Shown: positions 30,200 through 39,479 of the stretch, in pieces
Layout of the letters: each line of letters starts with the position of its first letter
Numbering within the stretch: the stretch's first letter is position 1
Origin: Anaerolineae bacterium
GTDB lineage: Bacteria > Chloroflexota > Anaerolineae > Aggregatilineales > J027
NCBI GenBank assembly: GCA_008933735.1
Contig: WBUL01000002.1
Location: 209,937-273,936, forward strand
Length of the DNA: 64,000 nt
Reading direction: 5' to 3'
Notes under the pieces: generated by a model
Seen by the model: the letters and a program-made list of their open reading frames with translations, nothing else
Told to the model about the DNA's origin: nothing
Databases searched by the model: none
Made by a program: the position numbers and the translations under genes

Positions 30200-31546
30200 A
30201 TGGCTGTGGATAACGGATGGCAAAAACATTTTGCTTCCCTATTCTTTCCCATTTCAGTGCTGCCAATGGTATGCTTTCGGGTTCTTTTCGGCGTGATCAT
30301 GCTCTGGGAAGTCGGACGTTATTTCCAAAACGGCTGGATTGATCGCTATTACATCCAGCCAAGTTTCTTCTTCACTTACGCCGGTTTTGATTGGGTCAAG
30401 CCCTGGGATGGAAATGGGATGTATCTCCATTTTTACATCCTGGGTCTTTTGGCAGGGTGTATCGCACTGGGTCTTTTTTATCGCTTGAGCATGGCCCTAT
30501 TCTGCGTTGGTTTTCTCTACGTGTTTCTGCTTGACCAGACTAACTACCTCAACCATTTTTACCTCATCATCCTGATGAGTTTTTTGATGATTTTTGTTCC
30601 TGCCCATACACGTTTTTCGGTAGATATGTTATTGCGTCCCCAACTTCGTGCGGATTTTGCACCGCGTTGGACATACTGGATTCTGGTTGCTCAACTTGGG
30701 ATCGTTTATTTTTATGGTGGACTGGCAAAACTGAATACGGATTGGCTGCATGGTCAGCCGATGCATCTGTGGCTCTCTGAAAACCAGGATTTCCCCTTGA
30801 TTGGGCGATATTTTGGCGATATGTGGATGGCTTATCTCTTCAGCTATGGGGGACTGCTGTTTGATCTGCTGATTTTTCCGATTTTGCTTTGGCGGAGGAC
30901 TTTTCTTTTAGGACTGCTTTTGGCAGGCGGATTTCATTTCACGAATGCACAGTTATTTAACATCGGCATTTTTCCATATTTTATGCTGGCTTCCCTTGTG
31001 CTGTTCGTGCCGTCAGCATGGTGGAACAAATTTGGGCAGCAAGGAACCGACAGAATATATGCTGTCCCTACAAAAACCACCACCTCTCATCGGATTACCA
31101 CTGGATTCCTGACGCTCTATTTTGCCTTCCAACTGCTTTTTCCCTTACGCCATCATTTATATGACAATAATGTAAGCTGGTCGGAGGAAGGGCACATGTT
31201 TGCGTGGCACATGAAACTGCGTGACAAAGAGGTGCTGGCGCTACAAATTACAGTGATCGATACCTATTCCGAAACCCAATGGGAAGTCCATTTGCCAGAT
31301 TATTTGACGGAACGCCAGATTCAGCAGATGAGTGACCGTCCAGCAATGCTGCTGCAATTTGCCCACCATGTGGCGGCGATGATGGAACAGGAAAATGGCT
31401 TTGAAGTGGCGGGGATTTATGCGATTGTGGTTGTCTCACTGAATGATCACCCGCCTGCTTATTTGATTGACCCCAGGGCTAATTTAGCCGAGGCTGAACA
31501 GGATTTTTTGAAAACTGCCTCCTGGATAATGCCGCCACCATCCTGA
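30200..31546 (+). CDS. HTTM-domain vitamin K-dependent gamma-carboxylase-like membrane protein
   Basis: FRVLFG, YLNHFYL, YFYGGLAKLNTDWL, FNIGIFPY, WSEEGHMFAWHMKL, VSLN...LIDP. Confidence 0.87.
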   Translation: MAVDNGWQKHFASLFFPISVLPMVCFRVLFGVIMLWEVGRYFQNGWIDRYYIQPSFFFTYAGFDWVKPWDGNGMYLHFYILGLLAGCIALGLFYRLSMALFCVGFLYVFLLDQTNYLNHFYLIILMSFLMIFVPAHTRFSVDMLLRPQLRADFAPRWTYWILVAQLGIVYFYGGLAKLNTDWLHGQPMHLWLSENQDFPLIGRYFGDMWMAYLFSYGGLLFDLLIFPILLWRRTFLLGLLLAGGFHFTNAQLFNIGIFPYFMLASLVLFVPSAWWNKFGQQGTDRIYAVPTKTTTSHRITTGFLTLYFAFQLLFPLRHHLYDNNVSWSEEGHMFAWHMKLRDKEVLALQITVIDTYSETQWEVHLPDYLTERQIQQMSDRPAMLLQFAHHVAAMMEQENGFEVAGIYAIVVVSLNDHPPAYLIDPRANLAEAEQDFLKTASWIMPPPS

Positions 31547-31627
31547 GGGGTAATCTGCCCGGTCGAAGTGCCATTTGAGTAAAGTCTCTGGTTTGAACAG
31601 AAACAAGATAGCCGAGGGGCGGTGTCC

Positions 31628-32251
31628 CTATTCCTTTGATGACAGGATCAGGTTAATGTCATGGACGATATCCTGATAACGTGTGCCGTAGAGAAACTGT
31701 TCTACGAGGCGACCCTGAGGCCCGACCAGAAAAATCGAGGCGGTATGGTCGATCAAATAACTGAGGGCAGATTCCCCAACAACGCGGCGTGTGGCTTTTA
31801 CACCAAAGTCATCCATTATAGCCTGCAAGCTTTCCCCTTCTCCGCGCAAGGCAATGAAATCCTCATGAAAACCCTGAGTGTAAAGTGTCAGACGATCCAG
31901 GGTGTCGCGCTCTGGATCAACTGTCACAAACACGACCTTAACTTTTTCCGCCAGTTCCCCTAAATGGGTATATACCTGACGTAAATCGGCAAAGGTGGTT
32001 GGGCAGACATCCGGGCAGGTCATGTAACCGAAATAAAACAACACCACCTTACCCTGATGTTCGCTCAATGTGAAATCCTCTCCAGAAGTCGCAGGCAGCG
32101 TAAAATCGTTGATCTTGCGCGGCGGATTTACAACAGCTCCGCGCAGTTCACCGAGATAGTCAGGGTTAGATGGCTGATTATCCGCTCTCGCGCCACCGCC
32201 GCAACCTACCAGCACCAGACACAAAAAAAGTGGAAACAATATCTTGCTCAT
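31628..32251 (-). CDS. SCO/SenC copper chaperone lipoprotein
   Basis: Lipobox LVGC, FGYMTCPDVCP, TVDPERD, IDH. Confidence 0.92.
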   Translation of the reverse strand: MSKILFPLFLCLVLVGCGGGARADNQPSNPDYLGELRGAVVNPPRKINDFTLPATSGEDFTLSEHQGKVVLFYFGYMTCPDVCPTTFADLRQVYTHLGELAEKVKVVFVTVDPERDTLDRLTLYTQGFHEDFIALRGEGESLQAIMDDFGVKATRRVVGESALSYLIDHTASIFLVGPQGRLVEQFLYGTRYQDIVHDINLILSSKE

Positions 32252-32255
32252 GAGT

Positions 32256-33125
32256 TTACTGTCCCAGTGACCGGATAAACGTGACGATATTGAGGAGTTC
32301 TTCATCCGTGAGGCCAGGGTTGCCACCCTTGGGGGGCATATCCACACCCGTCGTATTGGCCGCATCCCAGATGGGCCGTCCGGTTTTAACAAAATTGAGC
32401 AGCTCTTCATCGGTCAAGCTGTGGACAAACTCACTGGCAACCAGATCTTTGCCCAGTCCTGCAATCCCTCTTGCATCTGGCCCATGACAGGCTGAGCAGT
32501 AGGCAGTGAAAGCAGCACTGCCCGCCTCCAACACTGCCGGATCATATGCAGAAACAGGGTTTTCAGTTGATGCTCCTGCATTCAAAGTACGCAGATAGGC
32601 GATAATGTTGAGAATATCCTCATCCGTCAAACCAGGATTACCGCCCTTGGGGGGCATATCCACACCCGTCGTATTGGCCGCATCCCAGATGGGCCGTCCG
32701 GTTTTGACAAAATTGAGCAGCTCTTCATCGGTCAAGCTGTGGACAAACTCACTGGCAACCAGATCTTTGCCCAGCCCGGCGATGCCTTTTGCATCTGGCC
32801 CATGACAGGCTGAGCAGTAGGCAGTGAAACTGGTTTGCCCTGCTTCGATTAAAGCCGAGTCGTAGAGAACTGCCGCTGTGCTATCCTCCGCCAGTTGAGC
32901 GACTTCAGCCGTTGGCGGTACCCTAGTGGGACGGAATGGAGCAGCGTTTGCGGTTGCAATGAGGGCAGCGTTAGGAGAAAGTGTCCTTCCTGGGACATAA
33001 GCAGCGTTTACAACAGTATCATCCGCCTGTTTTGCGGTTGAAAACGTCAGTCCAGCAAAGCCACAGCCTGCGGTCACAACACCTAATACAATGAAAATCA
33101 GGGCAAGTGCTCGATGCCTATTCAC
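32256..33125 (-). CDS. membrane-anchored diheme cytochrome c with two near-identical domains
   Basis: CSACH twice and MPPKGG (axial Met) twice; N-terminal TM or lipobox (TAGC). Confidence 0.92.
   Translation of the reverse strand: MNRHRALALIFIVLGVVTAGCGFAGLTFSTAKQADDTVVNAAYVPGRTLSPNAALIATANAAPFRPTRVPPTAEVAQLAEDSTAAVLYDSALIEAGQTSFTAYCSACHGPDAKGIAGLGKDLVASEFVHSLTDEELLNFVKTGRPIWDAANTTGVDMPPKGGNPGLTDEDILNIIAYLRTLNAGASTENPVSAYDPAVLEAGSAAFTAYCSACHGPDARGIAGLGKDLVASEFVHSLTDEELLNFVKTGRPIWDAANTTGVDMPPKGGNPGLTDEELLNIVTFIRSLGQ
32290..32830. repeat. intragenic direct repeat, ~220 nt unit, 318 nt offset
   Basis: GGGGGGCATATCCACACCCGTCGTATTGGCCGCATCCCAGATGGGCCGTCCGG starts at both 32331 and 32649. Confidence 0.95.
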
Positions 33126-33136
33126 GTTTTTACTCC

Positions 33137-33511
33137 TTATGGTCTGGTCACAATAATGTGTACCTGTGCAGTTTTATGGATGGTACATTCCCCCTGGTAA
33201 ACAGCCGGGAAATGAAATTCTTGCCGCAGTGTTTCACCGGCGCCCACCCAGAAATCGCTGATCCGATGTCCTACGGAATCCCTGTTTTCAATGACGAGGA
33301 CATCCTTTTTGCCTAACACCAGATGAATTTCCTCTGGGATTACATCAGGGTCTTCTCCAGCTTCAATACGTTCTCCTGTGCCTTCAGGAATAACAATCAC
33401 ATATTCATGAGAGGCGGCTTCCTGCATTGAACGGGTTACAATTGCCCCTATCACCACCAGCAGCGCGATTACTACACCAATAAACCCCATCACAAGAAAT
33501 CGACTTTGCAT
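33137..33511 (-). CDS. membrane-anchored cupredoxin-like protein
   Basis: TM anchor; LVIENRDSVGH and YQGECTIH; GAGGAGG RBS. Confidence 0.6.
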   Translation of the reverse strand: MQSRFLVMGFIGVVIALLVVIGAIVTRSMQEAASHEYVIVIPEGTGERIEAGEDPDVIPEEIHLVLGKKDVLVIENRDSVGHRISDFWVGAGETLRQEFHFPAVYQGECTIHKTAQVHIIVTRP

Positions 33512-33521
33512 CTCGTCCTCC

Positions 33522-34346
33522 TCACTTGCGCTGAGCAAACACAAGTTGAGCCGCGCCTAGCGGCACAAATATCCACAGCAGCAGACTCGCCAACAGCAGT
33601 GGCAGAAACAGTCCACCAAAGGTATCGTCAGCGTATAGCCCCGCCGGGCCAAGTGCGTCCAGTGATGCCTGGGTTGTAGAAATAGACGCCATTTTGAACT
33701 CTTGGAGTGGGCTGATCAGCGCAATCAGCAGGGTGGTTTCGAGGGGTAATTCCATCACAATCGATGCCCCAATCAACCCCAGGTCGCCAACCAGAACAAA
33801 AAACAACCACAAAAACAGAGCCCCACCGACCGCCGTTGATGTTTTCTGGGAGATGGTGGAAATGAGAAAGCCGACACTGAGCATCGCCAGCCCCAACAGG
33901 CAGGCAAAGACGATCATCACCGCATAGCCTTTCACCCGCCCTCCCCCATCCAGTGCCAGGGCAAACCCAGCAAGACCAAAACCCATAATCAAGGAACTCA
34001 GCAGCGCTGTCGCAACCCCGAAATATTTGCCTAACAGAATTTCTGTGCGTGTAATTGGCTGTGCCAACAGTGTGTTGAGAACCCCCGTTTCCTGGTCACT
34101 GGCGAGGCTGGTTGCACCAAACATCAAACCCATCAACGGCACAAAAAGCAGCACAAGATTCACCAGACTCGTCACTGTACGGTCATAACCTGCCAGCTTC
34201 GTGAAGGCGATGTCCGGTTGTGCGGTCATCGAGAGCGCCAGCGCCAATCCACCAAAAATCAGGGTATAGAGCAGAAACCAGCGATTCCGCAGGGCGTCCC
34301 GCAGTTCCTTATGAGTCACGGTCCAGATATTAGTGAAGTCCATCAT
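33522..34346 (-). CDS. nosY: nitrous oxide reductase maturation ABC permease
   Basis: KELRDALRNRW, SLVNLVLLFVPL, LLAQPITRTEILLGK. Confidence 0.9.
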   Translation of the reverse strand: MMDFTNIWTVTHKELRDALRNRWFLLYTLIFGGLALALSMTAQPDIAFTKLAGYDRTVTSLVNLVLLFVPLMGLMFGATSLASDQETGVLNTLLAQPITRTEILLGKYFGVATALLSSLIMGFGLAGFALALDGGGRVKGYAVMIVFACLLGLAMLSVGFLISTISQKTSTAVGGALFLWLFFVLVGDLGLIGASIVMELPLETTLLIALISPLQEFKMASISTTQASLDALGPAGLYADDTFGGLFLPLLLASLLLWIFVPLGAAQLVFAQRK

Positions 34347-36603
34347 CTTTACTTTCTACCACGTCAAAATCATTGACTGTAATCTGGGCGGCCTGCAAAA
34401 TACGAAGCGGGGCCATTTTGCCCGTCGTCCCCACATTTACGTAAAAAGCGCGGGTGTTCATGACAGGCGTGAAACCGTGCTGTTGGAGCAGGTGGACGGC
34501 TTCAGACTGGTGATCCGGCTCTACCCAGATACGCAGCCAGCGCTGCAAACCGAGTTTGTCTACCAATTCACCCGGCGAGCATTCCACACTGACCTGGCCA
34601 TCCTTAAGTACCAACACACGCTGTGCCAGGGCCATGACCTCATCCACACGATGGGTTGAAAATACAATCGTTTTCCCGGCTCGATTGAGAGAAACCACCA
34701 GATTCAGAAAGTCGTGCCGCGCCTGTGTATCTAAATTGGCGGTTGCCTCATCCAGCAGCAAAATCGGCGGATTTCCCAGCAGCGCAATTGCCAGCGCTAA
34801 GCGCTGTTTCATCCCGCCGGAAAGTGCCCACACAGGTTTATATGTCTGTTCCGTGAGACCCACTTTTTCAAGTACAACCGGCAGTTCCTTTGAGGAAACC
34901 TTTTTCAGCCTTGCGTAAAAATGGAGCGCTTCTTTCACCGAAAGATCGGGAAAGGCTGCCTCCTGGGGAATGTATCCAATCGCCGCTCTGGCCGTTTTGC
35001 CGTTCCGCGCTACATCAATACCGTTTATGGTGATGCTGCCTTCAAATGACAGAATGCCCATCAGACAGCGCAGGGTGGAGGTTTTGCCCGCGCCGTTGAT
35101 GCCCCAGAGCGCGACTGACTCACCAGGTTGAACAGTGAATGACATGCCCGCCAGGGCATTAAACTGACCATATTTTTTGACCAGGTTGTTAACAACAATC
35201 ATGGAATTTCCCCGTAAGGATGCCTTTGTAAACTGCCAATCTATTCCTGCCGCCCCCACGACCCCCAGCGCCAGCAGAATCAGCAGGAAAGACAGAGCTA
35301 AAAATGGGAGAGAAACCGATGTCTCTGACTGTTTTAGAGATGCCGGAATTGAAAGTGTCATGAGCGGCGCGTTGTCTTCAACTTTGGGGATGGGACGAAG
35401 CACCGGAAACGCCGACGCCGTAAATTCAATAGCCTGGGTCGCGGGGCTGTATTCAAACAGTTTCAGCACCGGGTAGCGGTCTGTCAGACTTTCAAAGAGG
35501 CGGTCAGCGCGGTAGGGTGTATCGCCAATATTATCCCCGTCCTGGTCATAACCGACGTAATCATTCCAATAGTTCCCGACCCCATCCTGAAACCAGATAT
35601 TGCGGTTTTCGATTTCTCTCCCCCAGATACCAACATGTTCCAGGTTGTGCAGAAAGTTGTTTTTCTGGAACACATTACGTTCTACGGAGGGGAGTGTCAC
35701 TACACCCACATCGTTATAGGCAAAAATGTTTCCCCGATAGGTGTTGTATCCCTCGTAAAGAGACGGAGAATTATCCAGGTAAAGACCGACCTGATTTCCC
35801 ACAAAGACATTGCCGTTTACTGTGACCCCATCCATGTCCTTGAGTGCCAGCCCGTATCCACTTGAACCACGATTGTGAGAGAAACGGTTGTCCTCCAAAA
35901 CAATATGCTGTGAGTACATCAGGAAGGCTCCCACCGAATTGTTTTCGATGGTGTTGTGGCGAATGCTCACATTGTTGCTGTACATGAAATGGAGACCGTA
36001 GCGGTTGTGGTGGAAGGTATTGCCTTCAATTTTTAGGTTATTCGAGTACGACACCAGCATATCACGGCTGGTGGTGATGACATTCTCAATGATCTGAATG
36101 TTATCGCTGTACCAAAGACGGATGCCATCGCCGCGCGAGGATTCGTCACGGTTCAGCCCCTGAATCGTGTTACGGCGGGCAATTCCATCTGGTGCGTTGG
36201 CGAAGTAAATGCCAAACAGCACATTTTCCAGCACATTATCTTCGAGGGTGACATGAGGAGATTGAACAATGATACCTGTGTCCTCATGATGAATGGTACT
36301 GCCGCTGTTCCGAAGGGTGAACCCCTTCAGCACCACATCTGGCGCAGTAATCACAACCAGACTGCCTTCATTCCCGCCATCAATCACCGGGTGGTCAACC
36401 CCGATCAGGATCACACTTTTGTCAATGAGCAGGGGCGCGGCGTAGACCCCGCCATGCACCTCAATGGTGTCCCCACTCCGGGCAATTGCAATCGCTTCCT
36501 CAATGGTGGTCAGCGATCCGGTAGGCGACACCACAAGAGTCCTCGTATTTTCAGGGAGGCTGCGAGGCCAGAGAAGCAGGAACAGAAGGAATAACTTGCC
36601 CAT
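34330..36603 (-). CDS. nosD: NosD-TM-NosF fusion (beta-helix maturation protein plus ABC ATPase)
   Basis: NosD: RGDGIRLWYS, RYGLHFMYS, GNYWNDYVGYDQDGDNIGDTPY. Then a TM helix. ATPase: GINGAGKTS, LSGGMKQR, LLDE, STH. No stop codon between the parts. Confidence 0.9.
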   Translation of the reverse strand: MGKLFLLFLLLWPRSLPENTRTLVVSPTGSLTTIEEAIAIARSGDTIEVHGGVYAAPLLIDKSVILIGVDHPVIDGGNEGSLVVITAPDVVLKGFTLRNSGSTIHHEDTGIIVQSPHVTLEDNVLENVLFGIYFANAPDGIARRNTIQGLNRDESSRGDGIRLWYSDNIQIIENVITTSRDMLVSYSNNLKIEGNTFHHNRYGLHFMYSNNVSIRHNTIENNSVGAFLMYSQHIVLEDNRFSHNRGSSGYGLALKDMDGVTVNGNVFVGNQVGLYLDNSPSLYEGYNTYRGNIFAYNDVGVVTLPSVERNVFQKNNFLHNLEHVGIWGREIENRNIWFQDGVGNYWNDYVGYDQDGDNIGDTPYRADRLFESLTDRYPVLKLFEYSPATQAIEFTASAFPVLRPIPKVEDNAPLMTLSIPASLKQSETSVSLPFLALSFLLILLALGVVGAAGIDWQFTKASLRGNSMIVVNNLVKKYGQFNALAGMSFTVQPGESVALWGINGAGKTSTLRCLMGILSFEGSITINGIDVARNGKTARAAIGYIPQEAAFPDLSVKEALHFYARLKKVSSKELPVVLEKVGLTEQTYKPVWALSGGMKQRLALAIALLGNPPILLLDEATANLDTQARHDFLNLVVSLNRAGKTIVFSTHRVDEVMALAQRVLVLKDGQVSVECSPGELVDKLGLQRWLRIWVEPDHQSEAVHLLQQHGFTPVMNTRAFYVNVGTTGKMAPLRILQAAQITVNDFDVVESKDDGLH

Positions 36604-36605
36604 GT

Positions 36606-37265
36606 CTATGCTTTTTTCGTAAACGACTTTGCGATCAGGATTCCCCAGACCGCCACAATACAAAGGGACGCACCCAGGGCCAAATACCAACCTGTGCCCA
36701 GTTGGGCCGCTGTTGAAAACTGGCCTACCACACCCTCCCCAATCATGGTCGGGGTAAAGGGCTTGATCGAACTGGAAAATGGAGCGGCAGGGTCAAGGTT
36801 CTGTCCACTATCCCGCAGCCAGTAGTACAAATCAGCGACAAAAACGAACGGAAAAGCAAATGGTGGAAGGGTCAGCAGCCATGCGTAACGATAATTCCGC
36901 AAGAAAGCCACTGCCGCGACAACCAGCAGAACAATGAAGATGAGCAGGCTGGGAATGGCAATTGAGCGTTCAAACTCAGCGGCATCATCAAGCTGCCTCA
37001 TCCCGATGTAGTGATTCAGATTGTTCAATTCACGCAGCTCGTCAAATTCGGGGTCTTTCCCCTTCATTTCGTTGATATAGACCTCGATATTCAGACCGTC
37101 CCGATAGTCGTACTGTGGTGCATCCAGGTGCATCGTCCAGTAAGGGTAGGAAATTGACCCCAGCAGCAGGGCAACGCTCACCAGCAGCAGACCAGGGATG
37201 ATCAAGTGTTTCAGCCAGGTGAAACTTGAGGATTTGATGTAAAAACGTTCAGCAAGTGCAGCCAT
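36606..37265 (-). CDS. nosB: clade II nos membrane protein NosB
   Basis: YWTMHLDAPQY, LNNLNHYIGM, NLDPAAP, PFTP; directly downstream of nosZ; AAGGAGG RBS. Confidence 0.85.
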   Translation of the reverse strand: MAALAERFYIKSSSFTWLKHLIIPGLLLVSVALLLGSISYPYWTMHLDAPQYDYRDGLNIEVYINEMKGKDPEFDELRELNNLNHYIGMRQLDDAAEFERSIAIPSLLIFIVLLVVAAVAFLRNYRYAWLLTLPPFAFPFVFVADLYYWLRDSGQNLDPAAPFSSSIKPFTPTMIGEGVVGQFSTAAQLGTGWYLALGASLCIVAVWGILIAKSFTKKA

Positions 37266-37288
37266 TCTGTTCCTCCTTTGAGAGTAAA

Positions 37289-37310
37289 CCGGGGGTATTG
37301 CTACCCCCGG
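37289..37310 (-). terminator. hairpin between nosZ and nosB (leaky terminator or mRNA stabiliser)
   Basis: CCGGGGGTA-GCAA-TACCCCCGG followed by TTT. Confidence 0.6.
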
Positions 37311-37327
37311 CAATCAGAACGAAATCC

Positions 37328-39304
37328 CTACGGTTCGACCAGTAAATATCCCATCATCTCAAGATGCAGTGCAGAACAAAACTCGGTGCAGTACCAGGAA
37401 AACACCCCAGACTTCGTCGCATCGAACTCAAAGGTAATGGTTTCTCCCGGTTCAATGCTCAGGTTGATGTTGTAGTAGGGGATAGAAAAACCGTGTGTGG
37501 CATCGCGGGCCCGTTCCATATTGGTGATCGTCCAGACGACATGGTCGCCAGCCTTGATTTCCACGTGTTCCGGCGTGAAATGGCTGCGGATCGCCGTCAT
37601 TTTGACGGTGACATTGTTGCCATCCCGCACCACACCTTCCTCGCCAGGAGCGACCGCGTTCGGGTCAACCGACTGTGTGATGGGATTCCAACCAACTTCG
37701 GGATAAACATCCCAGGGTTGCAGCTTATCGGCCTTGATAATCTGGGCATAGTGCGGTTCCCCAGCCGTTATAGGCATATCGTAAATCACCTGCATGGTTT
37801 CCCCGCCCTGCGAAATATCAATCAATTGGAGATTCTGCGGCAGCAGCGGGCCCGTTGAGAGGAAGCGATCAATTGACCACTTATTGAGTGCAACCAGATA
37901 AGCGCCATCAGGTGCGACGGTATCGCCTTCGGCAACAGCAATGTGACCTACGTTATACTGCACCGGGATTTTGGCCTGTAATTTCCAACCATCTTCTGGA
38001 CGGTAGCCTTCACCACCCAGGCTCCAACGAGCAACGGCGGAGTCAAGGAACAGGCTGGTATAAGCATATCCCTGATTATCAAACTGGGTATGCAGAGGGC
38101 CTAAGCCGACTTCAACCTCTGCTTCCCTGACGGATTCCAGAGATAATACAGGCACGCCATAAACATCTGTTTCCGTCGGGCCTGCCGCAATTGCATCCAT
38201 GACTTTCTGGAAACTGTAGACTGTCACATGCGGATCCAGTTTGCCAGCCACCACCATATATTCCCCGCCAGGGGCAACATCAACACCGTGCGGGCTGCGG
38301 GGTTCGGGGGCAAAGTAAAGCAGATTATTTTGCACAGCCACATCCAGCGGGATAACCTGCATTCCTTCTACTTCGACCGTATTCCCGGCTTTAAAGACCT
38401 CTTCTGCCGCTTTGAGGTTAATCATGTGCAGGTAGTCGGTGGTATTCTGGCTGACACCTGCCTCAAACGGCGGTTGGCCTTTACCTGCGCCGCCGGTCGC
38501 CAACTCCGTATTAATGGAGTTGCAGAAAACCCAGCCTTCAGAGACTTTTTTGCCTGCATCGCACAAATCCTGCCAGTACGGAGGAAGTTCCATGGCAAAG
38601 GACTGGCTCTCATCAATCCGTCCGGCTTCGCGGTCAAATTTCCAGAATGTGATGAGTCCTTTGTATTCGCTCTCATAGCTGTCCAGAGGGGCATATTCCG
38701 AGCCAAGCGGCTGTGCATACTGACCACCCTCAATTACATATTCGGTGTTCGGGGTGACAAACGTACCGCCGTGATCGTTGAAGTAAAGCGGGTTGTCGAT
38801 GATCTGTTTGGTTTCAAAATCACGCAGGTCGATTACCGCCACGCGCCCGTTGGCCTTATCGCCAATGAACAGCCATTGACCATCGTAATCTCCATCTGTT
38901 TCGCTGAGGGCCGGGTGGTGTGAGTCACCCCACATGACCTCCGCACCCAGTGAATTCCCCCCCTCCAGAATGTCGTTGCCTGTACCATACCCATATCCCT
39001 GCCAGGGTTCGGGTGTAAACACGGCAATTGTGCGGAGCAAACGCATCGACGGCAGCCCGATGGCGAATACCTGACCGCTGTGACCGCCAGAAGCAAACAT
39101 CACATATTGATCGAGCATTCCACTAGGCGTATAGGTCATCATTGCGGCGCGGATGTCGTCTTCAGTCAGACCGCGTTCATCAGCAATCTGCGCCCAACCG
39201 GAAGATCGTGCTTCCACATCTTTTTGCGGGAAAAAGAAACGACCGGCGCTGAATGCTACCATGATTACCAGAGCTATAACGAAAATGAACTTGAGTTTCT
39301 TCAT
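37328..39304 (-). CDS. nosZ: clade II (Sec-type) nitrous oxide reductase
   Basis: SGGHSGQ; CuZ His motifs DSHH, NDH, PHG, GPLH, VGH, EPH; CuA HGF...CTEFCSALHLEM; no twin-Arg signal, no C-terminal heme domain. Confidence 0.97.
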   Translation of the reverse strand: MKKLKFIFVIALVIMVAFSAGRFFFPQKDVEARSSGWAQIADERGLTEDDIRAAMMTYTPSGMLDQYVMFASGGHSGQVFAIGLPSMRLLRTIAVFTPEPWQGYGYGTGNDILEGGNSLGAEVMWGDSHHPALSETDGDYDGQWLFIGDKANGRVAVIDLRDFETKQIIDNPLYFNDHGGTFVTPNTEYVIEGGQYAQPLGSEYAPLDSYESEYKGLITFWKFDREAGRIDESQSFAMELPPYWQDLCDAGKKVSEGWVFCNSINTELATGGAGKGQPPFEAGVSQNTTDYLHMINLKAAEEVFKAGNTVEVEGMQVIPLDVAVQNNLLYFAPEPRSPHGVDVAPGGEYMVVAGKLDPHVTVYSFQKVMDAIAAGPTETDVYGVPVLSLESVREAEVEVGLGPLHTQFDNQGYAYTSLFLDSAVARWSLGGEGYRPEDGWKLQAKIPVQYNVGHIAVAEGDTVAPDGAYLVALNKWSIDRFLSTGPLLPQNLQLIDISQGGETMQVIYDMPITAGEPHYAQIIKADKLQPWDVYPEVGWNPITQSVDPNAVAPGEEGVVRDGNNVTVKMTAIRSHFTPEHVEIKAGDHVVWTITNMERARDATHGFSIPYYNINLSIEPGETITFEFDATKSGVFSWYCTEFCSALHLEMMGYLLVEP

Positions 39305-39344
39305 ATAAATTCTCCTGTCCCAGGAAGCGAACTTGTTTATCCAG

Positions 39345-39387
39345 ATGATGCCGGAAAACAGCCAAGAAAAATGTGATTAAAATCACA
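39345..39387 (-). promoter_or_regulatory. CRP-type box and class II promoter for nosZ
   Basis: Perfect TGTGA-N6-TCACA at 39372-39387; CATCAT at 39350-39345 lies where a -10 is expected for a site centred at -41.5. Confidence 0.8.
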
Positions 39388-39479
39388 CAGGAGAAAACTC
39401 ATGCGTGCCAGACTGAATATCAGTCGGCTCATCAGATCAATTGTGGTACTGGATTGAATATGCGGAGGATCGAGAGGCC

